The notes below the pieces were generated by a model. That model saw only the letters and a list, made by a program, of their open reading frames with translations, was not told the origin of the DNA and searched no databases. A program made the translations under genes and the position numbers. 64,000 nucleotides of DNA from Candidatus Fraserbacteria bacterium (GTDB lineage Bacteria > Bipolaricaulota > Bipolaricaulia > RBG-16-55-9 > JAJCYT01): NCBI GenBank assembly GCA_029262795.1, contig JAJCYT010000027.1:54962-118961 (forward strand), in the 5' to 3' direction. Positions 28,118 through 36,340 of the stretch are shown here, piece by piece. The stretch's first letter is position 1; the number at the start of each line of letters is the position of its first letter.

Positions 28118-29451
28118 TGTTTAAAAAAGTTTTAATTGCCAATCGCGGTGAAGTTGCCTTGCGAATTATTGATGCCTGCCATCATTTAGGCATTCAAACC
28201 GTGGCCATGTTTTCAGAGGCCGACCGCCAATCGCTTCATGCACGTCTGGCCGATGAGGCTTATTGCATTGGGCCAGCACCAGCCAATCAGAGTTACCTCA
28301 ATATCCCACAGGTGATGAGTGTGGCTGAGGTCACCGGAGCTGATGCGGTGCATCCTGGCTATGGATTTTTGGCGGAAAACGCTCAATTTGTGGAAGTGTG
28401 TGAGGATTCCGATCTCAAATTCATTGGCCCCAGGGCAGACATAATGGAAGCCACAGGCGATAAACTCAAAGCCAAAGCCGCTGCCAAGCAGGCAGGGGTG
28501 CCACTTATTCCAGGGTCTGGTCTGATTACCAATGAAGCACAGCTCAAAGCCGAAGTTGAAAAGGTTGGCTATCCTGTGCTGCTCAAAGCATCTTCCGGCG
28601 GCGGTGGACGTGGCATGCGAATGGTCGATGACCCTGAAAATTTGATCAACGAATTCCATGCCGCCCAGCGCGAGGCCCATGCTTCATTTGGGCGCAGTGA
28701 TGTGTATGCGGAAAGATTGCTCAGAAACCCACGCCACGTAGAAGTTCAAATTCTGGCCGATGAACATGGCACCGTGGTGCATATGGGCGATCGCGATTGC
28801 TCGATACAACGTCGCTTTCAAAAGCTGATTGAAGAAGCACCTGCATTTGGCCTGCCTGAGGACATGCAGCACGAAATTCGCAAAGCGGCAGTCAAGGTGG
28901 CCAAAAGCCTGGATTACACCAATGCAGGCACGGTGGAGTTTTTGGTGGAAAACGACGAGTTTTATTTCATCGAGATGAATGCGCGCATTCAAGTGGAGCA
29001 TCCAGTATCGGAAATGTTGGTAGGGAAAGATCTGATTGCAGAGCAAATTCGTGTGGCGGCTGGTGAAAAATTGGGCTATACACAGCGTCAGATTAAATTG
29101 GAAGGTCACGCCATCGAGTGTCGTATCAATGCTGAAGACCCGAGCAAGGATTTCATGCCTTCATCTGGCGATTTGGTGTTGGGTCAAATGCCAACTGGTC
29201 ATGGGGTTCGTTGGGACAGTGGCGTGTATGGCGGCATGAAGGTGACACCGTTTTATGATTCACTGATTGGAAAACTCATCACTTGGGGGCCGGATCGCGA
29301 ACAGGCTCGCCGCCGCATGTTGAGTGCGTTGCGAAAACTTGATTTGCAAGGTATTGCTACCACACGCGAGCTGTGCCAGGAAATTATCAATCACGAGCAG
29401 TTTACCAACCAAACCCACACCACAGATTTCATCGACAGTCTTTTGGGTTGA
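28117..29451 (+). CDS. accC: acetyl-CoA carboxylase biotin carboxylase subunit
   Basis: MFKKVLIANRGEVALRI N-terminus, ATP-grasp core, 444 aa; overlaps accB stop. Confidence 0.93.
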   Translation: MFKKVLIANRGEVALRIIDACHHLGIQTVAMFSEADRQSLHARLADEAYCIGPAPANQSYLNIPQVMSVAEVTGADAVHPGYGFLAENAQFVEVCEDSDLKFIGPRADIMEATGDKLKAKAAAKQAGVPLIPGSGLITNEAQLKAEVEKVGYPVLLKASSGGGGRGMRMVDDPENLINEFHAAQREAHASFGRSDVYAERLLRNPRHVEVQILADEHGTVVHMGDRDCSIQRRFQKLIEEAPAFGLPEDMQHEIRKAAVKVAKSLDYTNAGTVEFLVENDEFYFIEMNARIQVEHPVSEMLVGKDLIAEQIRVAAGEKLGYTQRQIKLEGHAIECRINAEDPSKDFMPSSGDLVLGQMPTGHGVRWDSGVYGGMKVTPFYDSLIGKLITWGPDREQARRRMLSALRKLDLQGIATTRELCQEIINHEQFTNQTHTTDFIDSLLG

Positions 29452-29632
29452 AAATTAGCCCCTTATAGATTAAACTTCCGAGCGCTTTGGGTATCGATTT
29501 TAGAAGTAAGAAATGACACTTTTTTCATTTGTCTGATTTCGCTTTAAATTCCGAAACGATACAGTCAGAGTCCATAAGCAAGAGCGAACAATCGCTCAAT
29601 TTAGAATTTAGATTGGATCGTCAAATTGAAAC

Positions 29633-30940
29633 ATGTTTGAAGCTTTAAGTGAGAAGATAACTGGGGCATTAGATAAACTGAAGCGCAAAGGCGCGCTCAC
29701 CGAGGCGGATATTAAAGCCGCAATGCGTGAGGTGCGTCTGGCGTTGCTTGAGGCCGACGTCAATTATAAAGTGGTCAAAAGCTTTGTCGAACGGCTGTCC
29801 GAAAAGGCGATGGGGGCCGAAATCCTCAAAAGCCTGACCCCAGGTCAGCAAGTGGTCAAACTGGTTCGAGATGAATTGGTCGAAGTGCTTGGTGGGCAAA
29901 AAGCCGATTTGGATTTTTCCAAGCGGCCTACTGTTATCATGCTGGTTGGCCTTCAGGGTGCAGGTAAAACGACCTTGGCTGGAAAACTGGGATTGCATCT
30001 TCGTAAGAACAAGCAAAAATCACCGTTGCTGGTGGCAGCAGACGTGCAACGTCCGGCCGCTATCGAGCAATTAAAACAACTGGGCACGTCGCTTGATGTA
30101 CCTGTATTTAGTGTGGAGGATGGTCAAACCGCCCCACCTGACATCGTGCGTCAGGCCTTAGATCAGGCACAACGCAACGCCCATGATGTGGTGATCGTAG
30201 ACACCGCCGGTCGTCTGCAAATTGACGAAGACCTGATGGACGAACTGGTCGAGTTGAAAATGTGGACAGAACCTTCTGAAGTGTTATTTGTGGCCGATGC
30301 CATGACCGGTCAGGAAGCGGTCAACATTGCGGCCAGTTTTCACGAAAAATTATCACTCACCGGCATTGCCCTGACCAAGATGGACGGCGATGCACGCGGT
30401 GGTGCGGCCCTCTCCATGATTGAAGTGACCAGCGTGCCGGTCAAACTGATCGGTGTGGGTGAAAAGCCTGCGGACTTGGAAGAGTTTTATCCAGACCGCC
30501 TGGCCGAACGCATTTTGGGCATGGGTGACATCCTCAGTTTGGTGGAACAGGCAGAAGCCAATATGGATGTTTCTGCGGTGGAGGATTTAGAGAAGAAAAT
30601 CCGCACTCAGAAATTTACGCTGCAAGATTTTTTGGATCAGATGCAGCAGATGCGCAAACTGGGCCCGTTGCAAAAGTTAATTGAAAAATTGCCTGGTATG
30701 GGCAAGATTGAAGTCGATGAAAAAGAACTGGCAAGGGTAGAGGCCATCATTCGTTCGATGACGAATCAAGAGCGAAAAATGCCTAAAATCTTAAATGCCA
30801 GTCGCAAAAAACGAATTGCACGTGGCAGTGGCACAAAAGTAAGCGATATCAACCGTGTACTGCAACGCTTTAAAGATGCACAGAAGATGATGAAACAAAT
30901 GGGAAAAATGAAGTTACCACCGGGAGCTATCCCGCGATAG
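29633..30940 (+). CDS. ffh: signal recognition particle protein Ffh
   Basis: N domain, GTPase GLQGAGKTT / DTAGR motifs, Met-rich C-terminal M domain. Confidence 0.93.
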   Translation: MFEALSEKITGALDKLKRKGALTEADIKAAMREVRLALLEADVNYKVVKSFVERLSEKAMGAEILKSLTPGQQVVKLVRDELVEVLGGQKADLDFSKRPTVIMLVGLQGAGKTTLAGKLGLHLRKNKQKSPLLVAADVQRPAAIEQLKQLGTSLDVPVFSVEDGQTAPPDIVRQALDQAQRNAHDVVIVDTAGRLQIDEDLMDELVELKMWTEPSEVLFVADAMTGQEAVNIAASFHEKLSLTGIALTKMDGDARGGAALSMIEVTSVPVKLIGVGEKPADLEEFYPDRLAERILGMGDILSLVEQAEANMDVSAVEDLEKKIRTQKFTLQDFLDQMQQMRKLGPLQKLIEKLPGMGKIEVDEKELARVEAIIRSMTNQERKMPKILNASRKKRIARGSGTKVSDINRVLQRFKDAQKMMKQMGKMKLPPGAIPR

Positions 30941-30962
30941 GCGAAGGAGGAGTTTTTATATT

Positions 30963-31370
30963 ATGCCTGCAAAAATCCGTTTGAAACGAGTGGGACGACG
31001 CGGCCAGCCATCTTACCGTGTTGTTGTGGTGGACGAAGATCGATCCAGAAACAGTGCTGTGATTGAAGAATTGGGTTATTTTAACCCTATTGAAGATAAA
31101 TTTAGCATTGATACAGCTCAAGCATTGGACTGGTTGCAAAAAGGCGCACAGCCCACCCCCACCACCCGAGACTTGCTGTCCAAAGTGGGCGTCATGGCAC
31201 AGTGGCATGCCACCCGCCATGGCAAAGATTTGCCAGAACCGAAGGCACCACCTGCCCCACAGCCAGGTCAACGCAAAAAGAAAACAGCCACCCGTGCTGC
31301 TGCCGAAGCTGCTGCCGCTGCACCCGCAGAAGAAGCACCGGCTGAAGAAAGCGGCGACGCAGCAGAATGA
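30963..31370 (+). CDS. rpsP: 30S ribosomal protein S16 with Ala/Glu-rich C-terminal extension
   Basis: MPAKIRLKRVGRRGQPSYRVVVVD… canonical S16 N-terminus. Confidence 0.9.
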   Translation: MPAKIRLKRVGRRGQPSYRVVVVDEDRSRNSAVIEELGYFNPIEDKFSIDTAQALDWLQKGAQPTPTTRDLLSKVGVMAQWHATRHGKDLPEPKAPPAPQPGQRKKKTATRAAAEAAAAAPAEEAPAEESGDAAE

Positions 31371-31969
31371 GCCAAGCTATCGCTGTTCCTCCATTGGTGG
31401 AATTGCTGCAGTTTTTGGTGTCTCAGGTGGTCAGCGCTCCTGAGTCCATCCAGATTTCCAGGGTGGAAACACCAAAGACAGATTTGTTTTATCTCAAAGT
31501 CAGCCAAGACGATTTGGGGCGTTTGCTGGGCCGCGAAGGTAAAACAGTAGAATCCATCCGCGTGATGCTGGATGTGGCTGCCGGGCAACTTGGTAAAGGT
31601 GCCATTGTGGATGTGATTGAACCAAAGCACGGCAAAGCGTCTTCTTCTACAGATAATCGATCCAAACGGCCCCGACGAGGTGGCAGAAAAGGTCGGCGAC
31701 CTCGAAGTGGCGACAAACCGGGCCAACAGACTGGTGGTCAGAATAAAAAAGCCGGTGGGCAAGCCAAACCTGCTAGAGGTACAAAGCCCAAGCCAACTCA
31801 AACAAGCAATGCAGAAGGTTCAGAAAAGCCAACTGAAGGAAATAAGCCCAATCGAAACAGAAATCGAAACAGGAACCGCAACAGAAACAGGAATAGAAAT
31901 CAAGCCAATAAAAAGCCCAATTCATCAAGCCCATCTGACAAATCAAACAAGCCTGACTCTTCGAGGTAA
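31367..31969 (+). CDS. KH-domain RNA-binding protein (UPF0109/YlqC-like) with ~120-aa basic low-complexity tail containing (NR)n repeat
   Basis: KH core …LKVSQDDLGRLLGREGKTVESIRVML…; tail rich in K/R/G/P with NRNRNRNRNRNRNRNRN; ATGA overlap with rpsP. Confidence 0.7.
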   Translation: MSQAIAVPPLVELLQFLVSQVVSAPESIQISRVETPKTDLFYLKVSQDDLGRLLGREGKTVESIRVMLDVAAGQLGKGAIVDVIEPKHGKASSSTDNRSKRPRRGGRKGRRPRSGDKPGQQTGGQNKKAGGQAKPARGTKPKPTQTSNAEGSEKPTEGNKPNRNRNRNRNRNRNRNRNQANKKPNSSSPSDKSNKPDSSR

Positions 31970-31975
31970 TGGTTC

Positions 31976-32653
31976 ATGCGTGTCGATATCATCACCATCT
32001 TTCCCGATATGCTGACTGGTTTTTTTGAGTACGGTGTGCTCAAGGCCGCACGTGAAGCGGGTTTGATTGAAATCAACATGCACAGCCTTAGGGATTACAC
32101 TGACGACAAACATCGTCAAGTCGATGACCGTCCTTATGGCGGCGGTGCGGGCATGGTGTTAAAAGTTGAGCCGTTGGTGCGGGCCGTCGAAGCGATTTCT
32201 CAGCCAGATAAAAAAGTTCAGGTGATTTTAACCTCTGCACAAGGCAAACGCCTTACTCAGAGCGTGGCGAAAACCTTTTCGAGCTTTGATCAGTTGATCC
32301 TTATCTGTGGCCGTTATGAAGGCGTGGATGAGCGGGTGATGTCTGTGGTCGATGCCGAAATTTCTATAGGCGATTACGTGCTCAGTGGTGGCGAAGTGGC
32401 TGCTGCCACGATCACTGAGGCGGTTTGTCGTATGACGCCTGGCGTGGTGGGCGATGAGGAATCGGTGGTGACCGATTCGTTCTATCAGGAGCAACTGTTG
32501 GGTGTGCCGCAGTACACGCGTCCGCCAGAATTTCGTGATCTGAAAGTGCCGGATGTGTTGTTGTCGGGCAATCACGAGCAGATTGCCACTTGGCGACGGG
32601 AGCAATCTCTTAAAAAAACGCTGGAAAATCGCCCCGATTTGTTAAAAAACTAG
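31976..32653 (+). CDS. trmD: tRNA (guanine37-N1)-methyltransferase
   Basis: [13 protein letters not shown]-terminus and SPOUT knot motifs ([23 protein letters not shown]). Confidence 0.9.
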   Translation: MRVDIITIFPDMLTGFFEYGVLKAAREAGLIEINMHSLRDYTDDKHRQVDDRPYGGGAGMVLKVEPLVRAVEAISQPDKKVQVILTSAQGKRLTQSVAKTFSSFDQLILICGRYEGVDERVMSVVDAEISIGDYVLSGGEVAAATITEAVCRMTPGVVGDEESVVTDSFYQEQLLGVPQYTRPPEFRDLKVPDVLLSGNHEQIATWRREQSLKKTLENRPDLLKN

Positions 32654-32672
32654 GGGTTTTAAATTAAAAAAC

Positions 32673-33236
32673 ATGGGAAATCTTTACGCAGGTATTCTTC
32701 ATTATCCAGTTAAAAATTCAAAAGGAAACATTGTTGCCACCGCATTAACGGGGCTGGATTTGCATGACATTGCACGCAGTGCCAGAACGTTTGAACTGGC
32801 CCAATATTATGTGATGACGCCTCTAACCACCCAGCGCCGCATTGCCAAGACCATGGTCGAATACTGGAAAGACCCTGGGGGCAGGGCTTCCAACCGATCT
32901 GAAGCCTTGAAAAACGTGCAGGTGCTTGCTACTCTTGAGGACAGTTTGGTCGAGATACATTCGCGCGAAACAGAAAGGCCTTTGCTCGTTGCCACCTCGG
33001 CACGTGACGTGCCTCTGACTCAGATGAGTTACGAAGCCTTACGGACACAAATTGAGACCGAATCTCGGCCTGTTTATTTGTTGTTCGGCACCGGCTGGGG
33101 GCTTGCAGATGAATTGCTGCCCAAGCTGGATTGTGTGCTTCCGCCCATTCTGGGGCCAGGAGATTTCAATCACCTTTCTGTCAGAGCAGCTGCAGCCATC
33201 ATTTTTGATCGGTTGCGCGGATTAAAGGAGACTTAA
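32673..33236 (+). CDS. uncharacterised SPOUT-like putative RNA methyltransferase occupying the position where rimM is expected
   Basis: C-terminal …YLLFGTGWGLADELL… and …NHLSVRAAAAIIFDRL… resemble SPOUT motifs II/III (…LVFG.E..GL… / …SLNVS.A.AIvLYE…); N-terminus unlike RimM. Confidence 0.4.
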   Translation: MGNLYAGILHYPVKNSKGNIVATALTGLDLHDIARSARTFELAQYYVMTPLTTQRRIAKTMVEYWKDPGGRASNRSEALKNVQVLATLEDSLVEIHSRETERPLLVATSARDVPLTQMSYEALRTQIETESRPVYLLFGTGWGLADELLPKLDCVLPPILGPGDFNHLSVRAAAAIIFDRLRGLKET

Positions 33237-33238
33237 AA

Positions 33239-33559
33239 ATGTCAGATCATTTGATCAAAACAGTGGAGCAGGACTTTTTGCAAGAACTGCCTGCTTTCCG
33301 TCCTGGTGACACCTTGCGCATCCATGAACGAATTCGTGAAGGCGGCAAAGAAGGCCGTGAGCGTATTCAGATGTTTGAAGGCATTGTGTTGAAAAAAAGC
33401 GGCAGTGGTTCCAATGCCATGTTTACCATCCGCAAAATGTCTTCGGGTATTGGCGTGGAGAAAGTGTATCCTTTACACTCCCCCAAGATTGCTGAAATTG
33501 AGATCATCACGCAGGGCCGTGTACGCCGAGCAAGACCCAATTATTTGAGAAAGCGTTAA
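33239..33559 (+). CDS. rplS: 50S ribosomal protein L19
   Basis: full-length L19 signature (…RPGDTLRIH.RI.EG.KERIQ.FEG.V…). Confidence 0.92.
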   Translation: MSDHLIKTVEQDFLQELPAFRPGDTLRIHERIREGGKEGRERIQMFEGIVLKKSGSGSNAMFTIRKMSSGIGVEKVYPLHSPKIAEIEIITQGRVRRARPNYLRKR

Positions 33560-34437
33560 TGGAAGACACCCCAGAACGAAAACCAGAAGAGCCCAAGACG
33601 AGCCACGACACACCGAGTGAAGCTTCAGAAGCTGAAGTTTCTCCTGTGTTGCCAGAACTGTCTGAGATCGAAATGGAAGCATCCGATTTTCCTAAAAGCA
33701 ACACGGATGCTTTTTCAGCTTATAGTGGTGGGCCATATAATCCCAATCCTGCGTTTCCGTGGGCAGGCAAGCACGAAGATGAGTTTCAGCCCATCTATAA
33801 GGAAGTGTTTCGCTCCAAGCCATTTTTGTCTCGCGGGTTAAACAAAATTGGGATTCGCACTGGCCCGTTTGTCGATTCCATGCTGGACTGGGTGCAAGTA
33901 TTGGCTGTGGCGGCGGTGCTGGCCTGGTTGACCATGAGCTATGTGGTGGTGCGCATGCGTGTGCCTACCGGCTCGATGGAGCCTACCATTCGTTCTGATT
34001 CTAGCTTTTTTGTTGATAAATTGTCTTTTTACTTTCGAGAGCCTACCCAGGGTGACATCATTGTGTTTTGGCACAATGAAAATGCCAGTAAACGTGTACG
34101 TTATGTGAAACGTCTGGTGGCAACGGAAGGGCAAACGGTCAGTATTAAAGACTGTATTCAAAATCCACCTGAAACATGTGGTGTTTACATAAATGGCGAA
34201 AAACTCACCGACCCCGCCTTTGATCGCCCTTACTATGCCAACGGCAAAATGCGTGACGAAGAATGGGTGGTGCCTGAAGATTCCTACTTCGTCCTTGGCG
34301 ACAATTCCAGAAACAGTTTGGACAGCCGCTTCTGGGGCTTCGTTGATCAAACAGACTTCATCGGCGAACCTTTCCTTCGCGTGTGGCCCCTCAATCAATT
34401 TGGTTTCATGAATGGCTATTTTGGAACTGGGCCTTGA
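33559..34437 (+). CDS. lepB: signal peptidase I with acidic N-terminal extension
   Basis: TM helix then GSMEPTI (Ser box), VKRLVA (Lys box), GDNSRNSLDSRFWG box E. Confidence 0.85.
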   Translation: MEDTPERKPEEPKTSHDTPSEASEAEVSPVLPELSEIEMEASDFPKSNTDAFSAYSGGPYNPNPAFPWAGKHEDEFQPIYKEVFRSKPFLSRGLNKIGIRTGPFVDSMLDWVQVLAVAAVLAWLTMSYVVVRMRVPTGSMEPTIRSDSSFFVDKLSFYFREPTQGDIIVFWHNENASKRVRYVKRLVATEGQTVSIKDCIQNPPETCGVYINGEKLTDPAFDRPYYANGKMRDEEWVVPEDSYFVLGDNSRNSLDSRFWGFVDQTDFIGEPFLRVWPLNQFGFMNGYFGTGP

Positions 34438-34544
34438 TTAATTAAAAACATGTGAACCTTTTCGACTAAAACATAAAAACTTGCTTTCGCAAACTCGTTT
34501 GAAAATTCTTAAGTCAATTTGTAAGCTAGCTTTAACAAAAAGCA

Positions 34545-34632
34545 ACGGGGAGCCTGAACATGACAGGCTGAGAGGAAGCTTCGGCTTCGACCCTTAGAAC
34601 CTGATCCGGATCATGCCGGCGGAGGGAATGCA
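34545..34632 (+). promoter_or_regulatory. TPP (THI-box) riboswitch
   Basis: …GGGGAGCCTG…CTGAGAG…ACCCTTAGAACCTGATCCGGATCATGCCGGCGGAGGGAA matches THI element consensus (CUGAGA … ACCUGAUCUGGAUAAUGCCAGCGUAGGGAA); sits ~115 nt upstream of thiamine-binding protein gene. Confidence 0.8.
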
Positions 34633-34747
34633 ATGGTTTCTCAAAACATTTCAACACACACTCCACTAAAAGCACAACACAAACTGGTTCCTTGGGTCAC
34701 TCATCTGTTTTGCTGACGGCGCTTCAAATCAACCTTGAGGTGATGTC

Positions 34748-35776
34748 ATGCGCTTACTTTCATTTAGTCTGATTGCTCTGTTTTTGCTGAGCCTGGGAGC
34801 ATTGGGACAGGAAAACACATTGGTGATTTACACCTACGACAGTTTTGTGTCGTTTGGTCCGGCCACGGAGATTGAAGCACGCTTTGAAGCCGAAACAAAT
34901 GCGGATGTTCAGTTTGTGGCAACGGACGATTCCCGCTCCATGCTGGCCCGATTGTTGACCGAGCGCGACAGTGGCGGCACGCCTGCAGATGTGTTCATTG
35001 GCGTGGAAGTCAACGATTTGTCTACAGCGACGGAAGACGGCGCGTTTATTTCCTTGAACGAAGATGAGATTCCTGCCCTACAGCAGATTGACTCGACTAT
35101 TCGTTTTGACGCGCAAAATCGATTGCTTCCTTACGAGCATGGATTTATTACGCTGGTTTATGATGCTGAAGCCATCAGCGAAGATGAGTTGCCCCAAACG
35201 TTTGCAGACTTGGCTGACCCTCGCTTTCGTGGAAAACTGTTGGTGCAAGACCCTCGAACCAGCAGTCCGGGGTTGAGTTTTTTGCTCTGGACAATCAATC
35301 AATTTGGAGATCCTGGCTATCTGGATTATTGGCGCGAACTGTTTCCCAACATCCTGACGGTGACGCCAGGCTGGACAGAGGCGTTTACGTTGTTTCTCCA
35401 AGGAGAAGCGCCGATTCTGGTTAGCTTTTCTACCGATCATGCGTTTGATGTGATCATCAACGACAGTGACCGCAATCGCATATTGCTGTTGGAAAACCAA
35501 GGGTATCGAACCATTTTTGGCGCCGGTGTGGTGGATACCAGTGATCAGGTGGATTTGGCCAAACAGTTTGTTAATTTTCTGTTGAGTGAAGAAATACAAA
35601 CCCTATTACCCACCAGTGAGTGGATGTTTCCTGCCAATCCCAATGCGTTATTGCCTGTGGCGTTTTATCAAAATGCAGTGCGTCCGCCTGTGGCTGCCTT
35701 CGTTGATGCGGATACGGTAAGTGATAATTTGGACCGTTGGCTGCGCGCATGGGCAAACTTGGCTGTGGGTCAGTAA
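34748..35776 (+). CDS. thiB: thiamine/TPP ABC transporter periplasmic binding protein
   Basis: signal peptide; blocks LVIYTYDSF, DPRTSSPGLSFLLW, GWTEAFTLFLQGE parallel E. coli TbpA (LTVYTYDSF, DPRTSTPGLGLLLW, GWSEAYGLFLKGE). Confidence 0.85.
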   Translation: MRLLSFSLIALFLLSLGALGQENTLVIYTYDSFVSFGPATEIEARFEAETNADVQFVATDDSRSMLARLLTERDSGGTPADVFIGVEVNDLSTATEDGAFISLNEDEIPALQQIDSTIRFDAQNRLLPYEHGFITLVYDAEAISEDELPQTFADLADPRFRGKLLVQDPRTSSPGLSFLLWTINQFGDPGYLDYWRELFPNILTVTPGWTEAFTLFLQGEAPILVSFSTDHAFDVIINDSDRNRILLLENQGYRTIFGAGVVDTSDQVDLAKQFVNFLLSEEIQTLLPTSEWMFPANPNALLPVAFYQNAVRPPVAAFVDADTVSDNLDRWLRAWANLAVGQ

Positions 35777-36340
35777 AACTTCAATTTTTTAGAGCAGAAT
35801 TGTCTTTTTTGTTACAAAGAATTGACTAAGATAGATGCGTATTAGGCACACTCTAAAGGATGGAGCAGGATGGAAAAGGGTTGGAGCGATGATGTTTTAT
35901 AGTTAAAAGTTTTGAAGGCCCTTTCCCATCCTACCAAAGGCTGATTCATAGCGGGGGTAATGTTTGGATAGGTGTGCGATTGTATGCTATAAACTCAGCC
36001 CTATCTAAATCAATATTCAATTAATGGTGCATCTATGGTGTTGCCCAAAATGATGTTTTGTTCCTCTCTCGATTATCGATGCGTCCTCTCAAAAACCATC
36101 GATAATGCCCTATCTATGAACAAAAGGAAGGTCCCTATCTTCCTTTATAAACACCTGTAAATCGTAGTTTACAAGTATTTGGTGTCGCAGATGTCACTAA
36201 AAAATGTCGTCTACGTTACATAGTATCCAGAAACATTTGACATTTGCAAAGGACATGTGTCCCCTATCGTTGAAAGTCCAATTCTATTGGTTTCTTGGGT
36301 TTCTTATTTTTTAATTCTGTAAACAATTTGTGGACTTGAG

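Noticed and set aside
31063-32015. Multiple overlapping ORFs on both strands across rpsP and the KH-tail region, and a possible CRISPR-like DNA repeat at 31853-31906
   Set aside because: These are frame-shadow ORFs of Ala/Lys/Arg-rich low-complexity coding DNA. The DNA repeat is an imperfect 6-nt coding repeat (Asn-Arg)n inside an ORF, with no spacers or cas genes, so it is not a CRISPR.
1856-33236. Apparent enrichment of tRNA-modification genes (mnmG, deaminase, tgt, DUF2419, tsaD, tsaE, trmD, SPOUT-like) as a 'system'
   Set aside because: The genes are scattered among unrelated housekeeping operons on both strands. In a compact genome this is most likely coincidence. Only the csoR-DUF2419-tgt and trmD-SPOUT linkages are reported.
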